Shown here in pieces: positions 1-9,444 of a stretch of DNA of 64,000 bases. This DNA is from a virus (taxonomy: Duplodnaviria; Caudoviricetes). Position numbers and translations under genes: made by a program. The stretch is from IMG/VR virus record IMGVR_UViG_2061766007_000009. The stretch is one strand, 5' to 3'. A model generated the notes under the pieces. That model was not told where the DNA came from. It saw only the letters and a program-made list of their open reading frames with translations, and ran no database searches. Position 1 is the stretch's first letter. Each line of letters opens with the position of its first letter.

Positions 1-45
1 TGTGTGTCTATAATTGTAAGTGTTTAATTTTTAATTCAAAAGGTT

Positions 46-3000
46 ATGGAGAAAATTTCATCCGAAAAAATCAGCACCTTTCTAAATGGAAGGGACCCAA
101 TGGAGCACATCATCAGTATAGAATGTGACTATAATGACGAAAACGTTTGCATAATATATGTCGACCCAGAGGGGGTAAAAAGAATCAGACGAGAACCATT
201 TAACCCATTTGTATGGGTAAGAAGCGATGCAGTTTCCAAGATGTGTGGCGGTAAAACTGGAGAATTAAGGAAACTGATGCAGAGTTTCGGAATCGTGGCA
301 AAAAAACTTAAGACTGGGGATTCTGACATCGATAGATTAGAAAAGGGTTACAATCTAATCTTTTATTCCAAAAAACCAATGTCATTCCAGCGTTTTCAGC
401 AATTTTTCAACAAGGTCAAAGTCCCCATTTATCCCAAATTCGACAAGGATGGAGATATAAAGAAGAGGCCAGAAAAATACATCTTGTCCGTTAGTCCCGT
501 TGAACAATATATGATAGCAAGCGGAAGGCGGCTGTTTAAAGGTTATGAAAACTACAACGACTTAAAACGAATGTCTTTCGACCTTGAGACCGAGGGTCTG
601 AACGCAGAAATACATTGTATTGAGCAGATTGGTATACGAACAAATAAAGGATTCGAGAAGGTCTTATCAGTAACTGGCGAAGGCGAAGAGAAGTTCGAGA
701 ACGAAATGAAAGCAATCTGCGATTTCTTCTCAATACTCGCCAAAGAAAAACCAGATGTAGTATTCGGACACAACTCCGAGAACTTTGACTTTGACTTTAT
801 AGAGGTTCGTTGCAGAAAACACGGTGTCACAATGGAAGACGTGTCACTTGGGTACTTCAAGAGACCAATATATAAAAAGAAGAGAGAATCAGTCCTCAAA
901 CTCGGTGGCGAGGTAGAGTATTATCACCCCACAGTTATTTGGGGACATACTGTCGTGGACTCACTACACGCAGTGAGGAGGGCACAAGCGCTCGACTCTG
1001 ATATGGAGAGTGCTTCACTGAAATATGTAACAAAATATCTTGGTCTCAAGAAACGAAACAGAGTATATGTACCAGGAGAGCAAATCAGTACCATATGGAA
1101 TGATTTAAGCGAGTCTTACGCATTCAATGATGAGGATGGAGACTGGTATAAGGTAAGTGAAGAAAGTCCGTTACAGGACGGTTATGTGCTGAAATCGGGC
1201 AAATATATCGTCGAGCGATACCTTCTCGACGACTTGTGGGAGACCGACAACGTGGAGTTGAAACTCAACGAGTCGAACTTTCTTGTGGGGAAAATGCTCC
1301 CCACCACATTCCAGAAGGCTTGCACTATGGGAACCGCTGGCATTTGGAAACTTCTTATGCTTGCATGGTGTTACGAGAACGACCTTGCTGTTCCATCGTT
1401 TGATAAACCAAGAAGATTCACGGGTGGTCTCAGTCGTCTGCTTAAGACTGGATATGTTGACCGCATCGTGAAACTTGACTATAACTCATTGTACCCATCT
1501 ATCATACTGACCTGGTTTATCATTACAACACTCGACATTTCTGGTGTGATGCAAGGTCTCCTTGAGTATATCCTCACACAACGAGAAAAATACAAGGAAT
1601 TAAAGGGGGATGCTGGAAAAAGAGCAAAAGAATTCAAGCAAAAACTGCTTGCATTTGTCGGCAATGAGCACGACAAGTCCGAGTTGGAAGACCTAATCCA
1701 GTATTGGGAGTCTGTTAAATCTGCAAACGATAAACTGCAATTGCCTTTGAAAATCTTGGCAAACTCTTTCTTTGGGTCATTTGGTGCTCCGCATCTATTC
1801 CCCTTTGGAGACACAATGGCAGCCGAGAAGACCACTTGTATCGGGCGAATGTCACTTCGTCTGATGATTAGTCATTTCACAAAGTTAGGGTACACACCTA
1901 TCGTTGGAGACACCGATGGCTTCAACTTTCAGATGCCCAAGAAGGAAGATTTTCGCTACACCGATGAGCACCCCTACATAAGCAATGGCAAGGGGCGAAA
2001 CTCTATTGAGGGAAAAGCATATACTGGTGTGGACGCCGATGTTGCGGAGTTTGAAGACTTATACTTCAATGCCCCTTGGAACGGTGGCATCAACAAAATG
2101 GGACTTGGAGTTGATGAATACTGTGATGCTACCATCAACTTTAGTAGGAAGAATTATGCCGACCTTCTGCCCGATGGTAAAATAAAAAAGGTTGGCAACA
2201 CCATCAAGTCTCGAAAGATGTCCGGATACCTAAAACGATTCCTTGACGACGGTATCTCACTGTTGCTTCACGGCGACGGTCAGCAATTCTTGGAGAATTA
2301 TTACAATTATATCGATGATATCTACAACTATCGCATCCCAATCAAGGAAATAGCGTCAAAGGGAAAAATCAAGAAAAGTCTTGAGGATTACAAAAAGGAC
2401 TGCAACACTCTGACAAAAAGCGGTCAGAAGAAATCACGTCAAGCGTGGTATGAACTCGCAATACAAAACGGCTTGAAACCCAACATCAGTGACACCATAT
2501 ATTACATTAATACTGGCACACAAACAAGTCACGGCGATGTGAAGCGAATCAAAACACAATATATGAAGGACCCAGAGGGCAATGTTGTCGAGGCAAAAGG
2601 GAAGGTAAAGACTGATAAGATTAAGGAGTTGTGCCTTGAGCAGAATTTAGATTACAAGAGTCTTACCGCAAAGCAAAAGACAGAACTCATCAAACCATAT
2701 ATAATAAATGAGACAGAGGAGATTATACTCAACTGCAAACTTGTTCCACAAGAGATAGTGGATTCGGAGAGAGACATCTTATGTAGCGAGATAGAGGGTA
2801 TGGAATATAATGTGGCAAAATACATCAAGCAATTCAATGCCAGAATAAAGACTCTGCTTGTGTGCTTCTCCCCAGAGATAAGGAACGACATCCTAATCAC
2901 GAACCCAGATGACCGGAAATCTTTCACGAAGAAGCAGTCTGAACTCGTTTCTGGTTTCCCCAACAATGAGGGCGACCAAGACACCTATGAGGCACTTATG

Positions 3001-3387
3001 ACCCCAGAGCGCAAGGAAATAGAGTTCTGGTTGAAAGATGAGGAAAGACCGCCATTCATTGAAGAATGTGGAATTGACTGGGAGGAACTGGTTAAAAACC
3101 ATCTCAAGACGCTGGAAGAGGAGGAAAGTGTCTTATTCCAAGAGGAAAACAAGAAATACCTCGATGCACTGGAATCGATTACCGAGGATGATGTTGACGC
3201 ACTTGAGCAAGAAGGTGTTGTTCCAAAAGTCTTTGCCGACATTGTAACCCTTGACGAAAATATGTATTTCCATTTCATCAAACTACCAAATATGACCCCA
3301 TCAACAGGTGGATATTTGTTTGAAGATGTATGTCATCTTGACACATCAGAAGAAAAATACGAAATCGGGGTTGAAGCGGTTCAATAA
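46..3387 (+). CDS. Family B DNA polymerase (T4 gp43-like) with 3'-5' exonuclease
   Basis: Exo motifs FDLETEG, HNSENFDF, YLLDDL; polymerase motifs KLDYNSLYPS, KILANSFFG, GDTDG; 1113 aa with no obvious intein. Confidence 0.95.
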   Translation: MEKISSEKISTFLNGRDPMEHIISIECDYNDENVCIIYVDPEGVKRIRREPFNPFVWVRSDAVSKMCGGKTGELRKLMQSFGIVAKKLKTGDSDIDRLEKGYNLIFYSKKPMSFQRFQQFFNKVKVPIYPKFDKDGDIKKRPEKYILSVSPVEQYMIASGRRLFKGYENYNDLKRMSFDLETEGLNAEIHCIEQIGIRTNKGFEKVLSVTGEGEEKFENEMKAICDFFSILAKEKPDVVFGHNSENFDFDFIEVRCRKHGVTMEDVSLGYFKRPIYKKKRESVLKLGGEVEYYHPTVIWGHTVVDSLHAVRRAQALDSDMESASLKYVTKYLGLKKRNRVYVPGEQISTIWNDLSESYAFNDEDGDWYKVSEESPLQDGYVLKSGKYIVERYLLDDLWETDNVELKLNESNFLVGKMLPTTFQKACTMGTAGIWKLLMLAWCYENDLAVPSFDKPRRFTGGLSRLLKTGYVDRIVKLDYNSLYPSIILTWFIITTLDISGVMQGLLEYILTQREKYKELKGDAGKRAKEFKQKLLAFVGNEHDKSELEDLIQYWESVKSANDKLQLPLKILANSFFGSFGAPHLFPFGDTMAAEKTTCIGRMSLRLMISHFTKLGYTPIVGDTDGFNFQMPKKEDFRYTDEHPYISNGKGRNSIEGKAYTGVDADVAEFEDLYFNAPWNGGINKMGLGVDEYCDATINFSRKNYADLLPDGKIKKVGNTIKSRKMSGYLKRFLDDGISLLLHGDGQQFLENYYNYIDDIYNYRIPIKEIASKGKIKKSLEDYKKDCNTLTKSGQKKSRQAWYELAIQNGLKPNISDTIYYINTGTQTSHGDVKRIKTQYMKDPEGNVVEAKGKVKTDKIKELCLEQNLDYKSLTAKQKTELIKPYIINETEEIILNCKLVPQEIVDSERDILCSEIEGMEYNVAKYIKQFNARIKTLLVCFSPEIRNDILITNPDDRKSFTKKQSELVSGFPNNEGDQDTYEALMTPERKEIEFWLKDEERPPFIEECGIDWEELVKNHLKTLEEEESVLFQEENKKYLDALESITEDDVDALEQEGVVPKVFADIVTLDENMYFHFIKLPNMTPSTGGYLFEDVCHLDTSEEKYEIGVEAVQ

Positions 3388-3416
3388 AAAAAGGTGGGTT
3401 TTTCGCCCACCTTTTA
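3388..3416. terminator. Bidirectional intrinsic terminator between convergent genes
   Basis: AAAAAGGTGGG-tttttcg-CCCACCTTTT hairpin flanked by A and T tracts. Confidence 0.8.
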
Positions 3417-3437
3417 TATATAAGACACATTAAATCT

Positions 3438-6400
3438 TTATGGATTGACTGGTTGAGAAGGATTCAGAGTACCTCCAGTTGTGGTTCCAGTGAATTCCGT
3501 TGCCCCAGTGTGTTGTGTCGCCCCAGTAATGTCAATGTCGGGGGTCTCTGGTTCATAGACCATATTAGAGACTGGATAATAATCACCACAGTCCACCACA
3601 CCATTTGCATCACCTATTTGAGCAGTCACGACATTACCAGTTGTAACATCAAATGTTATAGTCTCTGAACTTTGGAATGTTACAACACCCGAAAGTGGGG
3701 TATAGATTTTGTTGCTCGAGTTTTCGAACACTGTCTTAAGGTAGATACCGTTAGCCATCTGGTGAGCACTATCACCCTCACTATCTGTGCCATTACGGAC
3801 AGAAACTACTGTTACACCACTGACGTGGATATCAGTTCCTCCGCCACCACCTGTGGATATCTGCACCATATTACTTCCACTCCATCTCCAGAGAGTGTTG
3901 TCGCTGACACGACAATAAACAACGTTTTCACTAGGAGATTCTGTGAATACGTTTTCATGGTGCAAATATGTCTCAATCTGACGAGTGTCAGTATTGAACA
4001 CCGTCCCAGAATCTGGTACACTGCTAGAACCAACCCACTGCAATACAAGTTTTTGCTCTTCACCAGTAGCAAGACTGCCCACTTTGTTCAAATGAGCAAA
4101 ATTACCACTTGAAATTGCACTACTGATTGCACTGTTAGCATAGTTCTTTGCGGATGTAATTGCTTCATCCTTTGCGGTAGTAATTGCACTAGTGACTCCA
4201 CTCAGACGGAAACCTCCACTCTCAAGTTTTAGGTAAGGTTCACTATGAATGGAAATATTACCTCTGAATGTAACTCCGTCTTGCTCAAGTGTGACACCGC
4301 TTGCGCCAGAATAATTTCCACCAGTCTGTGCGGTCAGCGAGACAACATTATTGGTAATATCAATACCAGTGCCAGCAGATAAAATGTCCTGCTTGCCCTC
4401 AACCGCTCCACTGAGTGCCCTTACTTGCGTATCAACTTCATTAACTTTATCACTCAAAGTCCGAATAGGCGTACCATCAACAAGCAAATAGAGAGACCCT
4501 CCGTGTCCGGCTACTGTTTGTAATATATTATCGCCACCTTGATAAATGTTCACATCCACACCAACACTCTGATTGCCATCGGGTGTTGTACCTGTTACTA
4601 CAGTTGCGGCACGACCACTATTATCGGGCACCACTGGTTTAAAGAAGTCGGAAACTGGTATAGACACTTCTTCTACACTGGTACCAGACTCTGTAGTAAC
4701 CTCATACACAATTACCAAGGAGTTTGCGGAAGAGTCATAAGTAATACCGCTAATTAAAGACCCACCCATAAGATGGATTGGGAATGGGTCATGGACACCA
4801 TTATTGAATAATAGGGTGTTTGTGGTTTCATCATAATCCAATTCAACAGTTGCAAATAAACCCTCATCTGTTTTCTGAATGATGTTATGGGCATCGGGGT
4901 TATTGTTGACGTCGATGTAAATTGTATTTACAACTGGATTAGGGTCATCCTCATCTACCCACACATCAATAGCACTACCCCCAGAAGTATATAGATGTGC
5001 ACCATAAACTAAACCATTCACAGTGCCAACCTTATCAAATGCTATCTCTATAGCATCACTGAGTGCATTATCATTAGCAATTCTTTGGTTGACTTCAGTA
5101 GTAAGTGCCGATTGAGACGCTATACCCGAGGTTGATAGTGTATATACTGTTCCAGAGTCGGACGAATCTTCCTCTTTTTGAAGATATACTTCTTCTTCAG
5201 GAACTTCAATAGTCACCTTATTGCGGTTAATCATATCCTCAAGTTCGTCCTCTCTGTCTCTCGCACGGTTCTCCTCCGCTTCGATTGCTTGGGCGTTTAC
5301 GGTATCAGCACTCTCTCTTGCGGCAGTTTCTTCCGAGATGAGTTGTGCAAGTCTACCCTCTTCGGCTCTTGCACGACTTTCTTCCGCTTCGATTGCTTGA
5401 GCATTTACGGTGTCAGCACTCTCTCTTGCGGCAGTTTCTTCCGAGATAAGTTGTGCAAGTCTACCCTCTTCGGCTCTTGCACGGCTCTCTTCCGCTTCGA
5501 TTGCTTGAGCATTTACGGTATCAGCACTCTCTCTTGCGGCAGTTTCTTCCGAGATGAGTTGTGCAAGTCTACCCTCTTCGGCTCTTGCACGGCTCTCTTC
5601 CGCTTCGATTGCTTGAGTGTTTACAGTGTCGGCACTCTCTCTTGTCTCAGCCTCTTCCGAGATGAGTTGTGCAAGTCTACCCTCTTCGGCTCTTGCACGG
5701 TTCTCCTCCGCTTCGATTGCTTGGGCGTTTACGGTATCAGCACTCTCTCTTGCGGCAGTTTCTTCCGAGATGAGTTGTGCAAGTCTACCCTCTTCGGCTC
5801 TTGCACGGCTCTCTTCCGCTTCGATTGCTTGAGTGTTTACAGTGTCGGCACTCTCTCTTGCAGCAGTTTCTTCCGAAATGAGTTGAGCAAGTCTACCCTC
5901 TTCGGTTCTCGCACGACTCTCCTCCGCTTCGATTGCTTGAGCATTTACGGTGTCGGCACTCTCTCTTGCGGCAGTTTCTTCCGAGATGAGTTGAGCAAGT
6001 CTACTCTCTTCGGCTCTCGCACGATTCTCTTCCGCTTCGATTGCCTGGGCGTTTACGGTATCACCACTTTGCCTTGCATTTATTTCGGCATTCAAATCGG
6101 TCCTTAATACAGAGTCAGCATTCTCCCTTGCGACAGTCTCTGCCGAGATGAGTCCACGCAACTCATTGTCGGCGTTCTCTCTTGCGACAATCTCCGCTTG
6201 AATAGCATTACTCAAGCCAGAATCAATTCTCTCCCTTTCATTAATTTCCGCCACAATAGCATTACGCAACTCAGTATCAGCCTGGGTTCTCGCATTAGTC
6301 TCTGCTACGAGAGCATTTTGTAATGCATTATCAGCATTCTCTCTTGCGGCGATTTCAGCGGCCAAATCAACGCTCATTGTGTCAAGTGCATCTTTAACTG

Positions 6401-7694
6401 TTCCGTTACCATATGCTATGTTTTCGGCAACACCGTTTACTGACAAACCGTGGAACCCAGCATTATGGAATTCTTGAAGAATATTGTGTGGAACAAGTGA
6501 TAATGGTGCAACATTCACATTACCTTTTAGACTGGTATAACCTTGTACACTTCTATCTTTTACCAGTGTAACTGTAGAGTTTGAATTGTCGGTATACCAT
6601 TCCTCAAACAAGTCGCTAATTGGGATTCTAACCTCTTGCCTTTGCCCATCTGTTGTATGATAGATAAGAACAAGTTCCTCTTTTGTTCTATCATAGTAGA
6701 TGTGGTCAAGGACGCTTGCGCTGTTCAGTTGAATCTCGGTTACCTTAGAAATCTCATCCTTGTCAGATTTAGTAAACACCAATGTGTTTGTCAAAGCGTT
6801 GTAGGTAAGGTTCACAGATGCAAAGAGACCACCAACAGAACGAATGATATTAGTCTCATTAGCACTTTCAAAGTTTGATACCACACCACCAGACGAAACG
6901 ACAGACTGGAGATTTGATTTTTCACCACCTGGCAGCCAGCAAACAATATTGCTTGCCTTGAACTCATTGAAAATTTCTTGTAAATTGATATAAACCTTGT
7001 TGTTGTTATTCAATGTAAGGACAATGGATTTCATTGCATTGTCATAGACACCGCTCTTCACGGTATCTTCAAGGTCAATCTCCTTGACTTGGTCATTGAT
7101 GGTCATTTTAAACTTGTTGGTCCCAAGAGTGTGTGCAATGTCAACGTAGACGTAGAGACCGTCATCACCAACTTGCAATGTATTTGTCAAGATGTTACCA
7201 CCCATCATAATGGTTCTTGGGACTCTCACATCAGCAGTCAGACCACTTTCGCCGCGTCTGTTTGCAAGTGTAAGGTCAACTGTTTTTGTATTGGATACGG
7301 TCAAAGACATGGCTTTTATGTGTGACGCCAGTTCTTCAATAGCATCCTCAACGTTGCTGCTTCCAGATATAATTTCGCCAGAAAATGGTTTAAGATTTCC
7401 ATTCTCGTCGAATCCACAAGAACTAACAACATTTGCCAGAATAGTTTTTATTCTTCTTATATCCGCCACATCAGCATCCTGGTCGATAAAGAACACCCCG
7501 GTTCCATCTTCCTTCGTACCTATACCGATAATTGCACTCAAGTCATCTGTTTGACCGTACACAAGGACGAGTGGCTCGCCTATGGCAAGCCTCAAACTAC
7601 CGTCTCCTATGAGATTCAAAACATATCCCTTCGCCTCTTCAACAGTCTGAAAAGGTGAAGAATGATGCAAGAATTGTAATTTGTTTGTGTTCAT
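3438..7694 (-). CDS. Long fibre/adhesin protein with central repeated coiled-coil shaft
   Basis: 1418 aa; beta-rich YD/YN..LxL modules, 36-aa AIEAEESRARAEEGRLAQLISEETAARESADTVNAQ repeats, N-terminal LQFL..GEPLVLVY and near-C-terminal VDCGDY shared with other fibres. Confidence 0.75.
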   Translation of the reverse strand: MNTNKLQFLHHSSPFQTVEEAKGYVLNLIGDGSLRLAIGEPLVLVYGQTDDLSAIIGIGTKEDGTGVFFIDQDADVADIRRIKTILANVVSSCGFDENGNLKPFSGEIISGSSNVEDAIEELASHIKAMSLTVSNTKTVDLTLANRRGESGLTADVRVPRTIMMGGNILTNTLQVGDDGLYVYVDIAHTLGTNKFKMTINDQVKEIDLEDTVKSGVYDNAMKSIVLTLNNNNKVYINLQEIFNEFKASNIVCWLPGGEKSNLQSVVSSGGVVSNFESANETNIIRSVGGLFASVNLTYNALTNTLVFTKSDKDEISKVTEIQLNSASVLDHIYYDRTKEELVLIYHTTDGQRQEVRIPISDLFEEWYTDNSNSTVTLVKDRSVQGYTSLKGNVNVAPLSLVPHNILQEFHNAGFHGLSVNGVAENIAYGNGTVKDALDTMSVDLAAEIAARENADNALQNALVAETNARTQADTELRNAIVAEINERERIDSGLSNAIQAEIVARENADNELRGLISAETVARENADSVLRTDLNAEINARQSGDTVNAQAIEAEENRARAEESRLAQLISEETAARESADTVNAQAIEAEESRARTEEGRLAQLISEETAARESADTVNTQAIEAEESRARAEEGRLAQLISEETAARESADTVNAQAIEAEENRARAEEGRLAQLISEEAETRESADTVNTQAIEAEESRARAEEGRLAQLISEETAARESADTVNAQAIEAEESRARAEEGRLAQLISEETAARESADTVNAQAIEAEESRARAEEGRLAQLISEETAARESADTVNAQAIEAEENRARDREDELEDMINRNKVTIEVPEEEVYLQKEEDSSDSGTVYTLSTSGIASQSALTTEVNQRIANDNALSDAIEIAFDKVGTVNGLVYGAHLYTSGGSAIDVWVDEDDPNPVVNTIYIDVNNNPDAHNIIQKTDEGLFATVELDYDETTNTLLFNNGVHDPFPIHLMGGSLISGITYDSSANSLVIVYEVTTESGTSVEEVSIPVSDFFKPVVPDNSGRAATVVTGTTPDGNQSVGVDVNIYQGGDNILQTVAGHGGSLYLLVDGTPIRTLSDKVNEVDTQVRALSGAVEGKQDILSAGTGIDITNNVVSLTAQTGGNYSGASGVTLEQDGVTFRGNISIHSEPYLKLESGGFRLSGVTSAITTAKDEAITSAKNYANSAISSAISSGNFAHLNKVGSLATGEEQKLVLQWVGSSSVPDSGTVFNTDTRQIETYLHHENVFTESPSENVVYCRVSDNTLWRWSGSNMVQISTGGGGGTDIHVSGVTVVSVRNGTDSEGDSAHQMANGIYLKTVFENSSNKIYTPLSGVVTFQSSETITFDVTTGNVVTAQIGDANGVVDCGDYYPVSNMVYEPETPDIDITGATQHTGATEFTGTTTGGTLNPSQPVNP
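5262..6063. repeat. 108-bp tandem repeat, about 7.5 copies, coding coiled coil
   Basis: TCGATTGC recurs at 5281, 5389, 5497, 5605, 5713, 5821, 5929, 6037 (period 108). Confidence 0.95.
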
Positions 7695-7724
7695 TTTATG
7701 ATATGTCTGTTTTGTTTCTTATTT

Positions 7725-9428
7725 TCAAAATTCTCCGTAATTACCATTAAGGTTGATTACAATGTCGTAGTCGCTATTAATAGCCAAAAGCGTCAACTCA
7801 CCGGTAGTGTTATCGTATGTTCCACCAGTAATGATATGGTCTAGTTTGCCGATTTCACCCCTCAACTCGTCAATTTCTTGCTCAAGTTGCTGTTCGGTCT
7901 GGTTTGCACGCTCGGTTTCAGCGTTGATTGCGTCATATATGTCATTATATACTGCAACGATAACACCATCAACCAATCTAAACTCAACGCCAGATACAAC
8001 TTGTATGTTGTCTGGGTCAGCACCATCGGCAATCGCTTCATCATACGACGAATAAACCTTGTTTGTCGCAGTATCCTTATAGGCTGTGTTGATTACAACT
8101 GTGTCGCCGTTGGACAACTCTTTAATCGCCCATTTCTCTCCATCCCACTCGTAAATGTAGTATGTTTCCCCGAATGCTGGCCATTCAATCTCTCTTGGCA
8201 TATATTCGCTATTCTGGAAAGACACGTTTTCGGTTATCCAGATAGCATAACCAGTATCAGCAGTCTCAGATGGGATAAGCGCAGTCTTATAGGCAATTCC
8301 GTTAATGGTTTCAATCTCGTGATAATTTGAACCGTTGTAGTCCTTTACAAGTCTGACACTATACAATGCATTTTTGGACACGACGTCTTGAATCACCATA
8401 GGGGTGTCGTAGTCGAATCTCTTGATGTAAATTCTGCAAGAGTCACTTTCGGTTCCGTATGGAGTCATTGTCCAGAAGCCAGAACGCATACGGAGGAAGT
8501 CGATTTCGTTGCCGTATTCGCTATATCCAGCACCAAGAATCCTCATACCATACTTATCAACACCAGCAGGCTCAATACCCTTCCTATTTGGATGGTATTT
8601 GCCACAGCAAGTTTCATCCTCCTCGCAGTCACAACCACCAGTGAAAAGAACATCGGAGTCATCCCAGACCCTTGTGTCTTCGCCGCTCACATTTTTTATA
8701 ATACTTGCTGATTTAAGATATTTTCCAGCAAGATATCCCAATTCCGACGGAAACTCGTTGGTGTGGTTTTTATCCCTCTCACAAGGCTCAATAGCGTTGA
8801 GCATACTGTCCCAGTCATTTTTAGTAGGAACCCTCCAGTCGGTGCCTTCCAGGTCCTCATCCATTTTCTTTACGCCACAGAATGGATAAAGATATCCGCA
8901 TTCACTGGCATAATTCTTAACTACATAGCGTTCACCAAGAGTAGCACCAGACGGAAGAACCCCACCAGCAGTGACATCAATATACCCAGAAGTAGGGGTA
9001 AAGAAGCCAGTTCTTTCCAATGGGTTAACACCCAGAGGACTGCTTGGTGTTCCATCACCGATAAGTGTTGAATCTGTGTACACTCTAGAAAGAAGGTTGT
9101 CATCGATGTTGTCTTCAGTGATAAGTCCATCCACAATCACTTCATTGCCGTTATATCTGAAAATGATTGTGCCCTCTCTGCTATCGTAGTCAATTGAAAG
9201 GTCCCTTGTCAACCCATTTGCGAGTTCAGACAAATCTACAACAATCTGTTCTCCACCAACCCTTGTCAAGATAAGCGACATAGTCTCGGCATTGTACTCA
9301 CCACTGATGATGTCAGCCTCTTTAAGGGTGTAAAAATTGCTGTCTATCTCATTGACAGTGAGTTTACAATTCTTTGTAATGTCCTCACTGTATTTAGATA
9401 TCAATTTATAAAAATATAATCCCTTCAT
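7725..9428 (-). CDS. Virion protein with Fibrobacter succinogenes major paralogous (FISUMP)-like domain
   Basis: GYLY..WRVPTKNDWDSML..AGKYLKS..DKYGMRILGAGY..GFWT..YSVRLVKD; N-terminal LTVNEIDSNF fibre-type motif. Confidence 0.75.
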   Translation of the reverse strand: MKGLYFYKLISKYSEDITKNCKLTVNEIDSNFYTLKEADIISGEYNAETMSLILTRVGGEQIVVDLSELANGLTRDLSIDYDSREGTIIFRYNGNEVIVDGLITEDNIDDNLLSRVYTDSTLIGDGTPSSPLGVNPLERTGFFTPTSGYIDVTAGGVLPSGATLGERYVVKNYASECGYLYPFCGVKKMDEDLEGTDWRVPTKNDWDSMLNAIEPCERDKNHTNEFPSELGYLAGKYLKSASIIKNVSGEDTRVWDDSDVLFTGGCDCEEDETCCGKYHPNRKGIEPAGVDKYGMRILGAGYSEYGNEIDFLRMRSGFWTMTPYGTESDSCRIYIKRFDYDTPMVIQDVVSKNALYSVRLVKDYNGSNYHEIETINGIAYKTALIPSETADTGYAIWITENVSFQNSEYMPREIEWPAFGETYYIYEWDGEKWAIKELSNGDTVVINTAYKDTATNKVYSSYDEAIADGADPDNIQVVSGVEFRLVDGVIVAVYNDIYDAINAETERANQTEQQLEQEIDELRGEIGKLDHIITGGTYDNTTGELTLLAINSDYDIVINLNGNYGEF

Positions 9429-9444
9429 ATTGTCATTATGTTAT

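Noticed and set aside
46-3387. Intein or intron in the polymerase (also checked terminase and MCP)
   Set aside because: Conserved motifs are contiguous; no intein splice or LAGLIDADG/HNH signatures seen
5262-6063. Possible CRISPR array
   Set aside because: Contiguous in-frame repeats with no unique spacers; no cas genes
5178-6107. 309-aa plus-strand repetitive ORF
   Set aside because: Antisense reading of the 108-bp coding repeat
7725-9428. Diversity-generating retroelement targeting the FISUMP or LRR genes
   Set aside because: No reverse transcriptase or adenine-variant template repeat seen in this window; cannot be excluded elsewhere in the genome
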